A DNA stretch of 64,000 nt. It comes from Fibrobacteria bacterium. Lineage in GTDB: Bacteria; Fibrobacterota; Fibrobacteria; UBA11236. The stretch covers positions 67,680 through 131,679 of the forward strand of contig JAYTSD010000001.1 in the NCBI GenBank assembly GCA_043745805.1, read 5' to 3'. Each line of letters opens with the position of its first letter. The first letter of the stretch is position 1. The translations under genes were made by a program, and so were the position numbers. The notes under the pieces were generated by a model. It saw only the letters and a program-made list of their open reading frames with translations, ran no database searches and was not told the DNA's origin. Positions 16,990 to 27,784 of this stretch are shown here, one piece after another.

Positions 16990-19920
16990 TTGCAAAAATT
17001 TATTCCCGGGCAAAGATGGGTGAGTGAAACTGAGCCCGAATTGGGACTAGGGCTCATATTGGAAGTGGGCTTCCGTGAAGTCAAAATCTTATTTAAAGCC
17101 GCCGAAATGGAACGTATTTATATGCATCGTAATGCGCCCTTACGGCGTGTACAATTGCGTTCTGGGGAGCGCGCTAGAGCACGCGATGGACACGTTTTTA
17201 TTATTCAAAATGTGCAAGAAAAAAATGGTTTACTCACTTATTTAGGCAATGGTGAAAAATTAATTGAACAGGATTTATTAGACAGTTTAAGTTTTTCCGA
17301 TCCGGATAAACGCTTGCTCGCCGCGCAAGTGAGCAAAAATAAAGTATATGAGTTACGTCGCCAAACGCATTTGTTCCGTAGTGAAATGTTGGGATCTTCG
17401 GTGCGAGGCCTAACTGGCGGACGTGTCGATTTATTAGAACATCAAATTTATATCGCGCATACCGCCTCTTCACGTCACCGCCCGCGTTTGCTTTTAGCGG
17501 ATGAAGTAGGCTTAGGTAAAACTATTGAAGCGGGATTAATTTTCCATCGTCTTTTTGTTACGGGAGTGGTAAGCCGAGTATTAGTGGTTACCCCTTCGCA
17601 ACTCGTGCATCAATGGTTAGTGGAATTATATCGTCGCTTTCATCATATGTTCGCCATTTTGGATGAAGATTTATGTCGTGCCGAAGAAAAAGGTGATAAA
17701 CGGATCAATCCTTTTATGCAAAGACAATTAATACTTTGTCCCATAGATTTTTTAGCCGCTTCTCCTCGCCGTGTAGAACAAGCCGTAGCAGCAGGCGTGG
17801 ATTTGTTAATTGTCGATGAAGCGCATCATTTACAATGGTCGCCAAAGGCTCCCTCGCCGGAATATAAAGCGATAGAAGCCTTGGCGCAGTTGAGTCCTGG
17901 CGTTTTATTATTAACAGCTACGCCCATACAATTAGGTCAAGAAGGACATTTTGGACGCTTAAGACTTTTGGATCCCGACCGATTTTCGGATTTCGAAAAA
18001 TATTTAAAAGACGCGGAAGGCTATGCCGAATTAGCAAAACAAATTCATGCGTTGATGGATCAAAATGGTGCGAATACCGCAGCTGCGGATGCTTTAGAAA
18101 AAGCATATCCTCAGGATAGAGCTGTATTGGAAAAGCTGAAAGCTTATCGCGAAGGGCAAAAAGGATCGCGTGCCGGACTCATTGCGGATCTTATTGATCG
18201 GCATGGAACAGGGCGTTTGCTTTTCCGCAATCGTCGTGCGATTATGACGGGTTTTCCTCAACGTATAGTGGAAGAATCTCCTTTGGATAATGGGCCCGAA
18301 CATCAAGAGTTTACGCGCTTGGTTTTAGCGGGATCGGGTATTGGGAATGTAACGGAACTTACACGTTACCTTAATGGACCGGCGGCTTATACCGTAAGCG
18401 ATTTGCCACGCGACTTTCCGGAAGGCTCGGAATTTTTGCGTCAGGCTTGGCGCAAGGATCCACGCTTGCCTTGGCTGGTGGGACTATTACAGCATTTAGC
18501 GGAAGAAAAAATTCTTTTATTATGTTCCCATAAAAATACCGTATTCGCTTTGCAAGAAATTTTGCCAACCTTGATCACTGCTTCCTTTACCAGCTTTCAT
18601 GAAAACATGACTTTAAGCACGCGTGATAAGAATGCAGCCTATTTTGCTAATCCGGAAGGCGCTCGTTTATTGATTTGTTCCGAAATCGGTAGTGAAGGAC
18701 GTAACTTCCAATTCGCGCATCATGTGGTACTTTTTGATTTACCGATAAACCCGAGCGTGCTAGAACAGCGTATTGGCCGGTTAGATCGCATTGGTCAGCT
18801 TAGGGATATCCATATTCATGTGCCGTATATTCGTGGCACCGCGCATGAATTGTTGTATCGCTGGTATGCCGAAGGTTTAAATGCTTTTCAAATTCCCCTA
18901 CTAGGTTCGGATTACTTTTTTGATGCGCAAGGTAGTGATTTACGTGAAGAATGTCGCTTGGCTATGGAGGCAGAAATTAATGGTGCCTGGAATGCAAGCT
19001 TTGCAGAATCGGTGCAACAATTTTTACAACATACGCAAACACTTGCTGCTGAAGTACGACAAACTTTAGAAGCGGGTCGCGATCGTTTATTGGAACTTAA
19101 TTCTTGTAAGCCTGAGGTAGCGCAGGAATTAATTGCTGAAATTGAAGCGGCGGATGTGGATCCCAAACTCGAAAATTATATGGAAAGCGTTTTTGAACAT
19201 TATGGTGTGGATGTAGATACCACGGTGGTGGAGCGTGGACATTTTGTTTTTCCGGGACCACAAATGTTTATTGACACTTTTCCTTGTTTACCTGAAGATG
19301 GTTTACCGATTACTTATGACAGAGAAGAAGCTTTGATTCATGAAGATTTAGCTTTTATCACTTTAGATCATCCCATGGTGCGAGCTTCTGTAGATTTGAT
19401 TTTACAAGATATGGCAGGAACGGTTGCTTTCGTAGAATGGAAAAATGCGCCGAGTCAAGGCTTTGCTTTGGAAGCCATATTCTTACTCGAAGCTACGGCT
19501 CCAGGGCATTTGCATCTCGATAGATTCTTGCCGCCTACACCTATTCGCTTATTAGTAAATCAAAAATTGGAAGCCTTAACTCAGTGGTTACCTAAAATGG
19601 ATCAATTGATTTTGGAGAATGCGCCAACCTTAATGATAGAAGAGCAGCATAGTCTCTTTGAAGCGGTGATTCCAAAAATGCTTAAAGCCTGTTCCGAAGG
19701 CGCTGCTATTCTCATGGCTAATTTGAAAAAGGAAAGCTATGCAGAAGCCGAAAAAATGTTGGGTTCGGAACGCGATCGTTTGAAAGACTTACAATCTATT
19801 AATGCTAATGTATCCCAAACAGAAATTGTTACGGCTGAAAAATCCTTGCAAGAAATTTTGCAATATATCCGTGATGCGGAATTAAGATTAGACGCTGTGC
19901 GCTTGGTGTTGATGCGCTAA
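16990..19920 (+). CDS. rapA: RNA polymerase-associated SNF2-family ATPase RapA (HepA)
   Basis: 976 aa. The N-terminus (GQRWVSETEPELGLG) matches the RapA start. Helicase motifs GLGKTIEAG and DEAHHL, and a helicase C-terminal domain. Apparent TTG start preceded by AGGAGAGG. Confidence 0.85.
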   Translation: MQKFIPGQRWVSETEPELGLGLILEVGFREVKILFKAAEMERIYMHRNAPLRRVQLRSGERARARDGHVFIIQNVQEKNGLLTYLGNGEKLIEQDLLDSLSFSDPDKRLLAAQVSKNKVYELRRQTHLFRSEMLGSSVRGLTGGRVDLLEHQIYIAHTASSRHRPRLLLADEVGLGKTIEAGLIFHRLFVTGVVSRVLVVTPSQLVHQWLVELYRRFHHMFAILDEDLCRAEEKGDKRINPFMQRQLILCPIDFLAASPRRVEQAVAAGVDLLIVDEAHHLQWSPKAPSPEYKAIEALAQLSPGVLLLTATPIQLGQEGHFGRLRLLDPDRFSDFEKYLKDAEGYAELAKQIHALMDQNGANTAAADALEKAYPQDRAVLEKLKAYREGQKGSRAGLIADLIDRHGTGRLLFRNRRAIMTGFPQRIVEESPLDNGPEHQEFTRLVLAGSGIGNVTELTRYLNGPAAYTVSDLPRDFPEGSEFLRQAWRKDPRLPWLVGLLQHLAEEKILLLCSHKNTVFALQEILPTLITASFTSFHENMTLSTRDKNAAYFANPEGARLLICSEIGSEGRNFQFAHHVVLFDLPINPSVLEQRIGRLDRIGQLRDIHIHVPYIRGTAHELLYRWYAEGLNAFQIPLLGSDYFFDAQGSDLREECRLAMEAEINGAWNASFAESVQQFLQHTQTLAAEVRQTLEAGRDRLLELNSCKPEVAQELIAEIEAADVDPKLENYMESVFEHYGVDVDTTVVERGHFVFPGPQMFIDTFPCLPEDGLPITYDREEALIHEDLAFITLDHPMVRASVDLILQDMAGTVAFVEWKNAPSQGFALEAIFLLEATAPGHLHLDRFLPPTPIRLLVNQKLEALTQWLPKMDQLILENAPTLMIEEQHSLFEAVIPKMLKACSEGAAILMANLKKESYAEAEKMLGSERDRLKDLQSINANVSQTEIVTAEKSLQEILQYIRDAELRLDAVRLVLMR

Positions 19921-20543
19921 TCGCCATTTTCGCTGCCACCTTCTCTACAGCCTTCGGGGCTTTCGTCTTCGGCTTTTAGCGTTTCAAATTCCTGAGCGGA
20001 AGTTTGTGGGGTAAATAGCAAAGTGTCACCGGCATGGTTTACAATACGCAAGAGATAATCGCGAAAAGGGGCGTCCGGATAGTTTTTAAGTAAGCTATCG
20101 GTTACGGGCCAAATTTGTGCCGGCGCGGCATTTTCGCCAAGAGGAATTTCCCAGTGCCCATCTTGATGGAATTTTCGCAGTTCTTTTATCGTAACTTCAG
20201 TGTTACTATCAAAACGATTACTATTTAAAATAGGAAAGGACGATAGGGTATCCATAGATAAGAAGCCGGTGGAGTCGAAGCAGGGAACAAAAATCACATA
20301 GCCTTGACCCTCAATATGAGTTATTTGTTGCCAAGTTTTAGGTAAAGAGGACATTGCCTGCTTTACAGAATCGGGATGAGACCATAATTGACCGAGGGTG
20401 AATTTTTCCCGTTCAGCTAGCTCAGCTTTGAGTTTTTGTTTATGTACATAGGCAAAGCTGAATAAAATCAACCAAAGTAAAATTACCCCGCTGAATAAAA
20501 AAATGACGATTTTGCGTCCAGATAACCTTTTTTCTTCTGTCAT
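19917..20543 (-). CDS. membrane-anchored hypothetical protein
   Basis: 208 aa with a single N-terminal TM helix. Convergent with rapA, overlapping it by 4 bp. Confidence 0.4.
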   Translation of the reverse strand: MTEEKRLSGRKIVIFLFSGVILLWLILFSFAYVHKQKLKAELAEREKFTLGQLWSHPDSVKQAMSSLPKTWQQITHIEGQGYVIFVPCFDSTGFLSMDTLSSFPILNSNRFDSNTEVTIKELRKFHQDGHWEIPLGENAAPAQIWPVTDSLLKNYPDAPFRDYLLRIVNHAGDTLLFTPQTSAQEFETLKAEDESPEGCREGGSENGD

Positions 20544-20709
20544 GCTTAGAACATAAAAAAAACTCTCCGTATTCCACCAAAAAGCTGGTTGGATGTTGAT
20601 TTTAGGGCATTATTTCCTAAATGTTGCACTTTCGTTTAGACAAAAAATCAAAAATAAAACACCATAGCTAAAAATCTCAGTTATCTTTTTAGCCATCAAA
20701 AGGAAATCT

Positions 20710-21651
20710 ATGGAAAAAGTTATAATTATCGGTTCCGGCCCTGCAGGCCATACAGCAGCCATTTATGCAGGTCGCGCTAGCCTTAACCCGTTAATGTTTG
20801 AAGGCTTTATGGCCGCGGGTGTTGCGGCAGGTGGTCAATTAACAACGACTACCGAAATCGAAAATTTCCCCGGCTTTACCAGCATTGATGGTTCGGAATT
20901 AATGAATCGTATGCGTGAACAAAGCATGCATTGCGGTACACGCATTTTAACAGAAACTATTATTAAGGTCGATTTAAGCAAAAGACCGTTCAAGGTTTAT
21001 ACTGAAGATAAGATGTATGAAACGGAATCTTTAATTTTAGCTACAGGGGCTACCGCTAAGCGCATGCGCGTTCCGCGTGAAGAAGAATTTTGGCAAAAAG
21101 GTATTTCGGCTTGTGCTGTTTGTGACGGTGGGCTGCCTATTTTCCGCAATCAACCTCTAGTAGTAATTGGTGGTGGTGACACCGCTGTGGAAGAAGCTAC
21201 CTATTTAGCCAAATTTGCTTCCAAAGTTTACTTAGTACATCGTCGCGATTCTTTGCGTGCCAGCAAAGCGATGCAGGATAGAGCTTTGAATCATCCGAAA
21301 TTGGAATTGGTTTGGGATACGGTTTTAGAAGATGTAGAGGGTACCGACGCATTGGAAAAAACCTTATTGCGCAATTTAAAAACCGGAAAGCAATATGCCA
21401 TTGAAGCTAAGGGATTATTCTATGCCATTGGGCATACGCCTAATACAGGGTTTTTAGAAGGTCAATTAGCTGCTGATGAAAATGGATATCTCATTACGGA
21501 ACCGGGTACAACTAAGACCAGTGTTCCTGGTGTTTTTGCTGCAGGGGATGTGCAGGATAAAAAATACCGTCAGGCAGTAACCTCAGCAGGAACGGGCTGT
21601 ATGGCCGCATTAGATGCCGAACATTTTTTAGTAACGCATTCTGAAAACTAA
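20710..21651 (+). CDS. trxB: thioredoxin-disulfide reductase
   Basis: FAD motif GSGPAGHTAA, redox-active CAVCDG, NADPH motif GGGDTAVEEA, 313 aa. Confidence 0.9.
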   Translation: MEKVIIIGSGPAGHTAAIYAGRASLNPLMFEGFMAAGVAAGGQLTTTTEIENFPGFTSIDGSELMNRMREQSMHCGTRILTETIIKVDLSKRPFKVYTEDKMYETESLILATGATAKRMRVPREEEFWQKGISACAVCDGGLPIFRNQPLVVIGGGDTAVEEATYLAKFASKVYLVHRRDSLRASKAMQDRALNHPKLELVWDTVLEDVEGTDALEKTLLRNLKTGKQYAIEAKGLFYAIGHTPNTGFLEGQLAADENGYLITEPGTTKTSVPGVFAAGDVQDKKYRQAVTSAGTGCMAALDAEHFLVTHSEN

Positions 21652-21661
21652 TTTTTACACA

Positions 21662-21712
21662 GGGTACAAAAAAACTTTGATGAAATTTCCATCAAAGTTT
21701 TTTTGTACCCGC
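21662..21712. terminator. long perfect hairpin terminator
   Basis: gggtacaaaaaaactttgatgg / ccatcaaagtttttttgtaccc inverted repeat immediately after trxB. It can act bidirectionally. Confidence 0.6.
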
Positions 21713-21756
21713 AAATAATCGGCAAAGTTTAGCGTAACTTTAAAGTTACACTGTTA

Positions 21757-22257
21757 TTACAACATCACCGGTGCATCGGGCAATTCATTTTTATCTTCCT
21801 TGCCGGTGCGAGGGAAGTATTTTATCAATTCTTCGCTCACTCTTTCTATTCCAGCTATTACGCCGGCTTCAAAGTGACCTTGCCGAAATAATTTTTCCAT
21901 CGCTTTACAGATTTCATCAAAGCCTTGTGAACCCACTTTCCCATTGACTCCACGGTCGGCGATAATTTCTACTTGTCTGTCCGCCCATAAGAGATAAATG
22001 AGCACGCCGGAATTGGCTTCTGTATCCCAAACTCGCAAATGCGCAAACACCTCCAAAGCTCTTTGGCGTGCCGATACATTATGCCATAGTGCGGGGAGAT
22101 GTAAGGCTGGTTCAATAGCTACACGGATTTCACCATGATGTTGGTTTTCACATTTGCCTACGGCTTCGGTGATATGTTCTAAAGCTTGTTTAGGAAAAGC
22201 ACGCTTAACGGGAAAGCGGGTAGTGAATAAATGGGTAAATAGTCGTTTAAAATTCAT
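21757..22257 (-). CDS. TPM-domain protein
   Basis: 166 aa. TPM/YgcG-like phosphatase fold signature (GVLIYLLWADRQVEIIADRGVNGKV). Third gene of the LemA-TPM-TPM arrangement. Confidence 0.55.
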   Translation of the reverse strand: MNFKRLFTHLFTTRFPVKRAFPKQALEHITEAVGKCENQHHGEIRVAIEPALHLPALWHNVSARQRALEVFAHLRVWDTEANSGVLIYLLWADRQVEIIADRGVNGKVGSQGFDEICKAMEKLFRQGHFEAGVIAGIERVSEELIKYFPRTGKEDKNELPDAPVML

Positions 22258-22269
22258 GTTACTTCCTCG

Positions 22270-23154
22270 TTACCATGATCCTGAAGAGCCACCGCCACCA
22301 AAGCTACCGCCGCCACCCGAAAAACCACCTCCGCTATTGGATGAACCACCAAAGCCACCGCCACCGAATCCACCACCGTAGAATCCGCCTCCCATGCCTC
22401 CGCCGCCACCTGAATTTAAAAACAATCCGATAATGAAAATAATAACGCCAAAAAAAATGGTGAGGAATAGTGACCCAAGAAAAAACCAACTTAATAAAGC
22501 AACTGCTCCACCTGCGGCAAGGCTTCCAAATACTTTTCCTAATGCGGAACGCAAAATAAAAGCGGCCAGTAAAGCCACTATCAAAAAGGTGTTATTTAGG
22601 TGACCAGAGCCTTGCGAATTATTTCGGCTATGTTTGGCGGGAGCAGGAAGCATTTCACCACTCATCGTCTTTAAAATAGCATCGACACCGGCTTGTATTC
22701 CCCCTTCAAAATCACCGTCTTTGAAATGCGGAGTAATAATTTCACGAATGATTCTACTACTGGTTATATCTTGTAAAATGCCTTCCAATCCACGACCCAC
22801 TTCAATGCGCATTTTGCGATCGTCCTTGGAGACTATGAACAGCACGCCATCATCTACTTTTTTACGGCCCAATTTCCATTGATCGACTACGCGTATCGAA
22901 TATTGTTCGATTTCTTCGGGCGATGTAGTGGGAACAATGAGCACAGCCAGCTGACTGCCTTTATTGTCTTCATAAGCACGCAATTGAGTCTCGAGACTTT
23001 CTTTAACCGTAACTGATAAGCTACCGGTTAAATCGACCACTCTACCCGTTAAAGGCGGCACTGCCACCTCGGCTTGGGCTAAACCACTCCATACGAGGAG
23101 TAGGCAAAGGCTTAATAAAGTATTAAGCCCTTTTGATCCTATTGCCTTGGGCAC
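22270..23154 (-). CDS. TPM-domain membrane protein with C-terminal Gly-rich low-complexity tail
   Basis: Signal peptide, TPM domain (LTGRVVDLTGSLS...QLAVLIVPTT), a TM segment, then ~50 aa of GGGFGGG repeats. Confidence 0.65.
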   Translation of the reverse strand: MPKAIGSKGLNTLLSLCLLLVWSGLAQAEVAVPPLTGRVVDLTGSLSVTVKESLETQLRAYEDNKGSQLAVLIVPTTSPEEIEQYSIRVVDQWKLGRKKVDDGVLFIVSKDDRKMRIEVGRGLEGILQDITSSRIIREIITPHFKDGDFEGGIQAGVDAILKTMSGEMLPAPAKHSRNNSQGSGHLNNTFLIVALLAAFILRSALGKVFGSLAAGGAVALLSWFFLGSLFLTIFFGVIIFIIGLFLNSGGGGGMGGGFYGGGFGGGGFGGSSNSGGGFSGGGGSFGGGGSSGSW

Positions 23155-23157
23155 AAT

Positions 23158-23787
23158 TTACTTAGCAGGTGCAGGAGTGGGTGCTGGCGCATTAAAATCA
23201 ACCTTAGGAGCGGTTGAAATTTCCTTTTCATTGTCCACCGTAAAATTGGCTTTAGTGGTATAACCAAAAATTTTCGCCGTGAGATTGGAAGGGAAAGAGC
23301 GTACTGTAACATTGTACTGTTGCACGGATTGAATATAACGATTACGTGCTACGGTGATGCGGTTTTCCGTACCTTCGAGTTGGGCTTGTAAATCACGAAA
23401 GCCTCCATCAGCTTTAAGTTGAGGATAATTTTCCGCAACCACCATTAAGCGTGACAAAGAACCTTTCAATTGATTTTGCGCAGCTTGGAATTTCGCAAAG
23501 GCTTGTTCATTATTAATGAGCTCAGGGGTGATTTGTATAGAGCCTACGCGCGAGCGGGCTTCGGCAATTTCCGTCAACACTTTTTCTTCATGAGTGGCAT
23601 AACCTTTTACCACATTGACTAAATTGGGAATCAAATCCGAGCGGCGTTGATATTGATTAACAACTTCCGACCAACTGGCTTTAACCTCTTCATCCATGGA
23701 CTGAAAACTATTATAGCCGCAGCCGGACAAAGCAAAAATCCATACGCTAAGCAAAGACCAGAATCCGATTTTAATTAATTTGGACAT
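23158..23787 (-). CDS. lemA: LemA family protein
   Basis: 209 aa with an N-terminal TM/lipobox-like segment (LSGCGY) and LemA signature (NQYQRRSDLIPNLVNVVKGYA.HE). Operon with the two TPM genes. Confidence 0.75.
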   Translation of the reverse strand: MSKLIKIGFWSLLSVWIFALSGCGYNSFQSMDEEVKASWSEVVNQYQRRSDLIPNLVNVVKGYATHEEKVLTEIAEARSRVGSIQITPELINNEQAFAKFQAAQNQLKGSLSRLMVVAENYPQLKADGGFRDLQAQLEGTENRITVARNRYIQSVQQYNVTVRSFPSNLTAKIFGYTTKANFTVDNEKEISTAPKVDFNAPAPTPAPAK

Positions 23788-23908
23788 AAAACTCTCCTTA
23801 AATAAAGCTCATTTAAGATACTAAAAACTATCTTTATTCTTGGTTTTGGGACTTCGAAAAGTCTTTAAGATTTTGAAGATTGTTTCGTATTAGAACAGAG
23901 GAGGGCCT

Positions 23909-25048
23909 ATGTTAGGCAAAAAATCTAAAATTATTTTTTCTTGCATCTCTATAATCACTTTGATGGCTTGCAACAAAAAAGAAAATACGCAAGAAATTGT
24001 AATCGGTGAATATGGATCTTTAACTGGAGCTACGGCAACTTTTGGGATTAGTACACAACGTGGTGTGGAAATGGCGATTGATTCCATCAACAAAAGTGGT
24101 GGCGTGCTCGGTAAAAAAATCCGTGTAATAGTTGAAGACGATCAAGGAAAGCCCGAAGAAGCGCAAACCGTTGTGACCAAATTAATTAATAAGGATCGTG
24201 TGGTTGCAGTATTAGGCGAGGTGGCATCCTCCAATAGCTTGGCGGCAGCGCCTGTATGTCAAAGTAACCGTATCCCCATGATTACCCCCTCTTCCACAAA
24301 CCCCAAAGTGACGCAAGTCGGGGATTTTATTTTTCGCGTCTGCTTTATCGATCCTTTTCAAGGGGCGGTGATGGCAAAATTTGCCCGTAACACTTTAAAA
24401 GTAGATCATATCGCTATTTTGCGCGACATCAAAAGCGATTATTCCGTAGGGCTCTCAAATTATTTCAAAGAAAATTTTCAAAAGCTCGGGGGTACTATTG
24501 ATGCCGATGAAAGTTATAGTCAAGGTGATAAAGATTTTGGCGCACAACTCACCTCACTCAAAGGCAAAAACCCGCAAGCCATTTTTGTTCCTGGTTACTA
24601 TACCGAAGTAGGATTAATCGCGCGCCAAGCTCGTACCTTAGGTATTACTGCCCCTTTACTCGGTGGCGATGGATGGGATTCTTCTAAGTTATTCGAAATT
24701 GGTGGCGAAGCTTTGAATGGATGTTTTTATTCCAATCATTATTCCATGGACAATCCCAGTCCAGCGGTGCAGAGTTTTGTAAAACAATATCAAATCCGTT
24801 ATAAAAATGAAGTGCCCGATGCCTTATGTGCTTTGGGTTACGATGCGGCCATGCTTTTAGCCGATGCCATGAAACGCGCTGGTAGCACGGATGCTAACCT
24901 CGTAAAAACTGCTTTAACGCAAACCCAAAGTTTTCAAGGTTTAACCGGATCAATTAATTTAGATGCTAATCGTGATGCCGTGAAATCTGCCGTGGTGGTA
25001 GAAATTCAAAATGGCAAAAATCAATTTAAGGAATCGGTAAACCCTTAA
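23909..25048 (+). CDS. branched-chain amino acid ABC transporter substrate-binding protein (LivJ/K family)
   Basis: 379 aa with a lipoprotein-type signal (LMAC). Periplasmic binding protein type-I fold motifs (IVIGEYGSLTG...AVLGEVASS). Confidence 0.75.
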   Translation: MLGKKSKIIFSCISIITLMACNKKENTQEIVIGEYGSLTGATATFGISTQRGVEMAIDSINKSGGVLGKKIRVIVEDDQGKPEEAQTVVTKLINKDRVVAVLGEVASSNSLAAAPVCQSNRIPMITPSSTNPKVTQVGDFIFRVCFIDPFQGAVMAKFARNTLKVDHIAILRDIKSDYSVGLSNYFKENFQKLGGTIDADESYSQGDKDFGAQLTSLKGKNPQAIFVPGYYTEVGLIARQARTLGITAPLLGGDGWDSSKLFEIGGEALNGCFYSNHYSMDNPSPAVQSFVKQYQIRYKNEVPDALCALGYDAAMLLADAMKRAGSTDANLVKTALTQTQSFQGLTGSINLDANRDAVKSAVVVEIQNGKNQFKESVNP

Positions 25049-25071
25049 ATTAAATAGCTTCAAGGGCCATC

Positions 25072-25971
25072 ATGCACAGTTTTGTTCAGCAACTTATTAA
25101 CGGCATTTCCTTGGGTAGTATCTATGCCTTGGTGGCTTTAGGTTACACCATGGTTTATGGTGTTTTGCGCCTCATTAATTTTGCCCATGGCGATGTGTAT
25201 ATGTTAGGGGCTTATTTTGGATATTTTACGGCACGCCTCACGCGTCCCTTTGGCCTAGAGCCATGGTTGGATATTTTGGTAGTGATGTTAGCGGCCATGC
25301 TCGCTTGTGCTTTGATTGGTTTACTCATTGAACGCTTCGCTTATCGACCTGTGCGCAAGGCTTCGCGCTTAACTTCCTTAATTGTAGCGATTGGGCTTTC
25401 TTTGTTGATTGAAAATTTAGGACAAATAATTTTTGGTGCGGATCCTAAATTTTTCCCCCAAGTTATTCCCGAAAAAGCCTGGCATTGGAAAGGTATTGTC
25501 TTTACCAATCAACAAATGGTGATTATGCATGTAGCATTAATATTAATGATATTATTAAATATTTTTATTTTTAAAACACGCACGGGCAAAGCCATGCGCG
25601 CCGTCTCTTTCAATTTAGATGCCGCCAAATTAATGGGTATTGATACCGATAAAATTATTTCCTTAACCTTTGCCTTAGGATCCGCCTTAGCGGCAGCGGC
25701 AGGAATTTTGGTGTCTTTGAATCAACCGGGTATTGATCCCCTAATGGGTGTGATGACTGGCCTCAAAGCTTTTGTTGCTGCAGTGCTGGGCGGCATTGGA
25801 AATATTTATGGAGCCGTATTGGGTGGGCTTTTATTAGGACTTGCCGAAGTAATGGTATCGGGCTATGGATCCTCTACTTACCGCGATGCCATTGCTTTTT
25901 TAATATTGATCGCAATTTTGCTTTTTAAGCCATCGGGTTTATTAGGCAAAGGACAAGTTGAAAAAGTTTGA
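25072..25971 (+). CDS. livH: branched-chain amino acid ABC transporter permease LivH
   Basis: 299 aa polytopic. LivH-like N-terminus (QQLINGISLGSIYALVALGYTMVYGVLRLINFAHGD). Confidence 0.8.
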   Translation: MHSFVQQLINGISLGSIYALVALGYTMVYGVLRLINFAHGDVYMLGAYFGYFTARLTRPFGLEPWLDILVVMLAAMLACALIGLLIERFAYRPVRKASRLTSLIVAIGLSLLIENLGQIIFGADPKFFPQVIPEKAWHWKGIVFTNQQMVIMHVALILMILLNIFIFKTRTGKAMRAVSFNLDAAKLMGIDTDKIISLTFALGSALAAAAGILVSLNQPGIDPLMGVMTGLKAFVAAVLGGIGNIYGAVLGGLLLGLAEVMVSGYGSSTYRDAIAFLILIAILLFKPSGLLGKGQVEKV

Positions 25972-27023
25972 ATCAGAGCATGGCTGATAAATCTGTTAAA
26001 ATTATCCAGTCTCAAAAAAAACTATCGCAATTAATTTCGCCCTTTCAAAGCTGGCAAGGACTTTTACTTTGGCTCGGGGTTTTATGGATCTTTAGTCACG
26101 GCGTCCAATATTTCTTTTTAGAAGGCCCCTTTCGCGAAGGTCCCTATTATTATCAAATAATCATGTTGACCGGCATTAATATTATTTTGGCCGTAAGTTT
26201 AAATTTAACCAATGGTATCACCGGCCAATTTTCAATTGGACATGCGGGTTTCTTTGCCATTGGCGCTTATACTGCCGCATTTTTCACCAGTGTTTATGGT
26301 CCAGGATTAAGATTGGCATTCGGTTTTTTGCCGGTCGCCTTACAAGATCCTATCCTGCTTTTGTGTGCTTTGGCCGTAGCCGCAGTGGCAGCAGGTTGTG
26401 CGGGCTTACTGGTGGGTATTCCTTCTTTACGCCTACGCGGAGATTATTTAGCTATAGTCACTTTGGGATTCGGAGAAATTATTCGCGTAATGATTTTAAA
26501 TATCGATGCGGTCGGTGGTGCTCGAGGATTTATTGGCATTCCCCACTTGAGTAATTTCTTTTGGGTTTATGGTTTAGGACTTGTCACGGTCGCTACCGTA
26601 ATTTACTTGTTACATTCCAGCTATGGCCGCGCCTTTATTGCTATACGCGAAAATGAAATTGCCGCGCAGGCCATGGGTGTAAATATTACGCGCTATAAAG
26701 TATTGGCATTTGTAGTGAGTTCAGTGTTTGCTGGCATGGCCGGCTGTTTATTTGGTCATCATACTTTGTATTTACATACCAACTCTTTCACCTTCATAAA
26801 ATCTTTTGAAATCATTATCATGATTTCTTTGGGTGGTTTAGGAAGTTTAGAAGGAGCTGTTTTAGGCGCTATTGTACTTACAGTTTTACCGGAAATGTTT
26901 CGTGGATTCGAAAGTTACCGTATGGTGATTTATTCCTTAGTATTAATTATTGTAATGATATTTCGCCCTCAAGGCATACTGGGTCAATTGGCTTTTTTCC
27001 GAAACAAAACGGAGAAAAAATAA
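25968..27023 (+). CDS. livM: branched-chain amino acid ABC transporter permease LivM
   Basis: 351 aa polytopic permease. Overlaps livH by 4 bp. Confidence 0.75.
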   Translation: MNQSMADKSVKIIQSQKKLSQLISPFQSWQGLLLWLGVLWIFSHGVQYFFLEGPFREGPYYYQIIMLTGINIILAVSLNLTNGITGQFSIGHAGFFAIGAYTAAFFTSVYGPGLRLAFGFLPVALQDPILLLCALAVAAVAAGCAGLLVGIPSLRLRGDYLAIVTLGFGEIIRVMILNIDAVGGARGFIGIPHLSNFFWVYGLGLVTVATVIYLLHSSYGRAFIAIRENEIAAQAMGVNITRYKVLAFVVSSVFAGMAGCLFGHHTLYLHTNSFTFIKSFEIIIMISLGGLGSLEGAVLGAIVLTVLPEMFRGFESYRMVIYSLVLIIVMIFRPQGILGQLAFFRNKTEKK

Positions 27024-27784
27024 TGCCTTTACTTTCCGTGCAACAAGTGCAAAAAGTTTTTGGTGGCCTCGTCGCTACCAAAGACATGCATTTAAATGTG
27101 GAAGAGGGGGAGTTGTTCGGTTTGATTGGGCCTAATGGGGCGGGTAAAACCACATTATTTAATTTGATTACTGGCGTTTATGCGCCTACCTCGGGAGATA
27201 TTTTTTTAGCCGGAAATCCCATACAAGGCTTGCCGCCCCATCGTATAGCGGCTTTGGGCATAGCACGTACTTTTCAAAATATCCGTTTATTTGAATCGAT
27301 GACGGTGCTGGAAAATGTTAAAGTTTCTCAGCATATGCGCAAAAAGCAAAATCTTTTTTCGGTACTTTTTCGCACGAAGGCTTTTGATCTCGAAGAAAAA
27401 GACATGGAAGAAGCGGCACTGGGCTTATTGGAAATTTTACAGCTAGATAAATATCGGGATGAATTAGCGAAAAACTTACCCTATGGATCGCAGCGTCGTT
27501 TAGAAATAGCACGCGCTTTAGCTACGCAACCAAAGTTATTATTACTGGATGAACCTGCGGCAGGCATGAATCCACAAGAGTCTATCGAGTTAATGCATTT
27601 AATTCGCCGTGTGCGCGATGAATTTAAATTGACCATACTTTTAGTAGAGCATAATATGAAAGTTGTGATGGGGGTATGTGAACGCATACAAGTGATTGAT
27701 CATGGGGAGACGATTGCCCTTGGGGATCCGGCATCAATTCGGCATGATGCCAAAGTGATTGAAGCCTATTTAGGAAAAAGCTAA
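27023..27784 (+). CDS. livG: ABC transporter ATP-binding protein LivG
   Basis: Walker A GPNGAGKTT, signature LPYGSQRRLEIARAL, Walker B LLLDEPAAG, and the LivG-type insertion. Confidence 0.8.
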   Translation: MPLLSVQQVQKVFGGLVATKDMHLNVEEGELFGLIGPNGAGKTTLFNLITGVYAPTSGDIFLAGNPIQGLPPHRIAALGIARTFQNIRLFESMTVLENVKVSQHMRKKQNLFSVLFRTKAFDLEEKDMEEAALGLLEILQLDKYRDELAKNLPYGSQRRLEIARALATQPKLLLLDEPAAGMNPQESIELMHLIRRVRDEFKLTILLVEHNMKVVMGVCERIQVIDHGETIALGDPASIRHDAKVIEAYLGKS

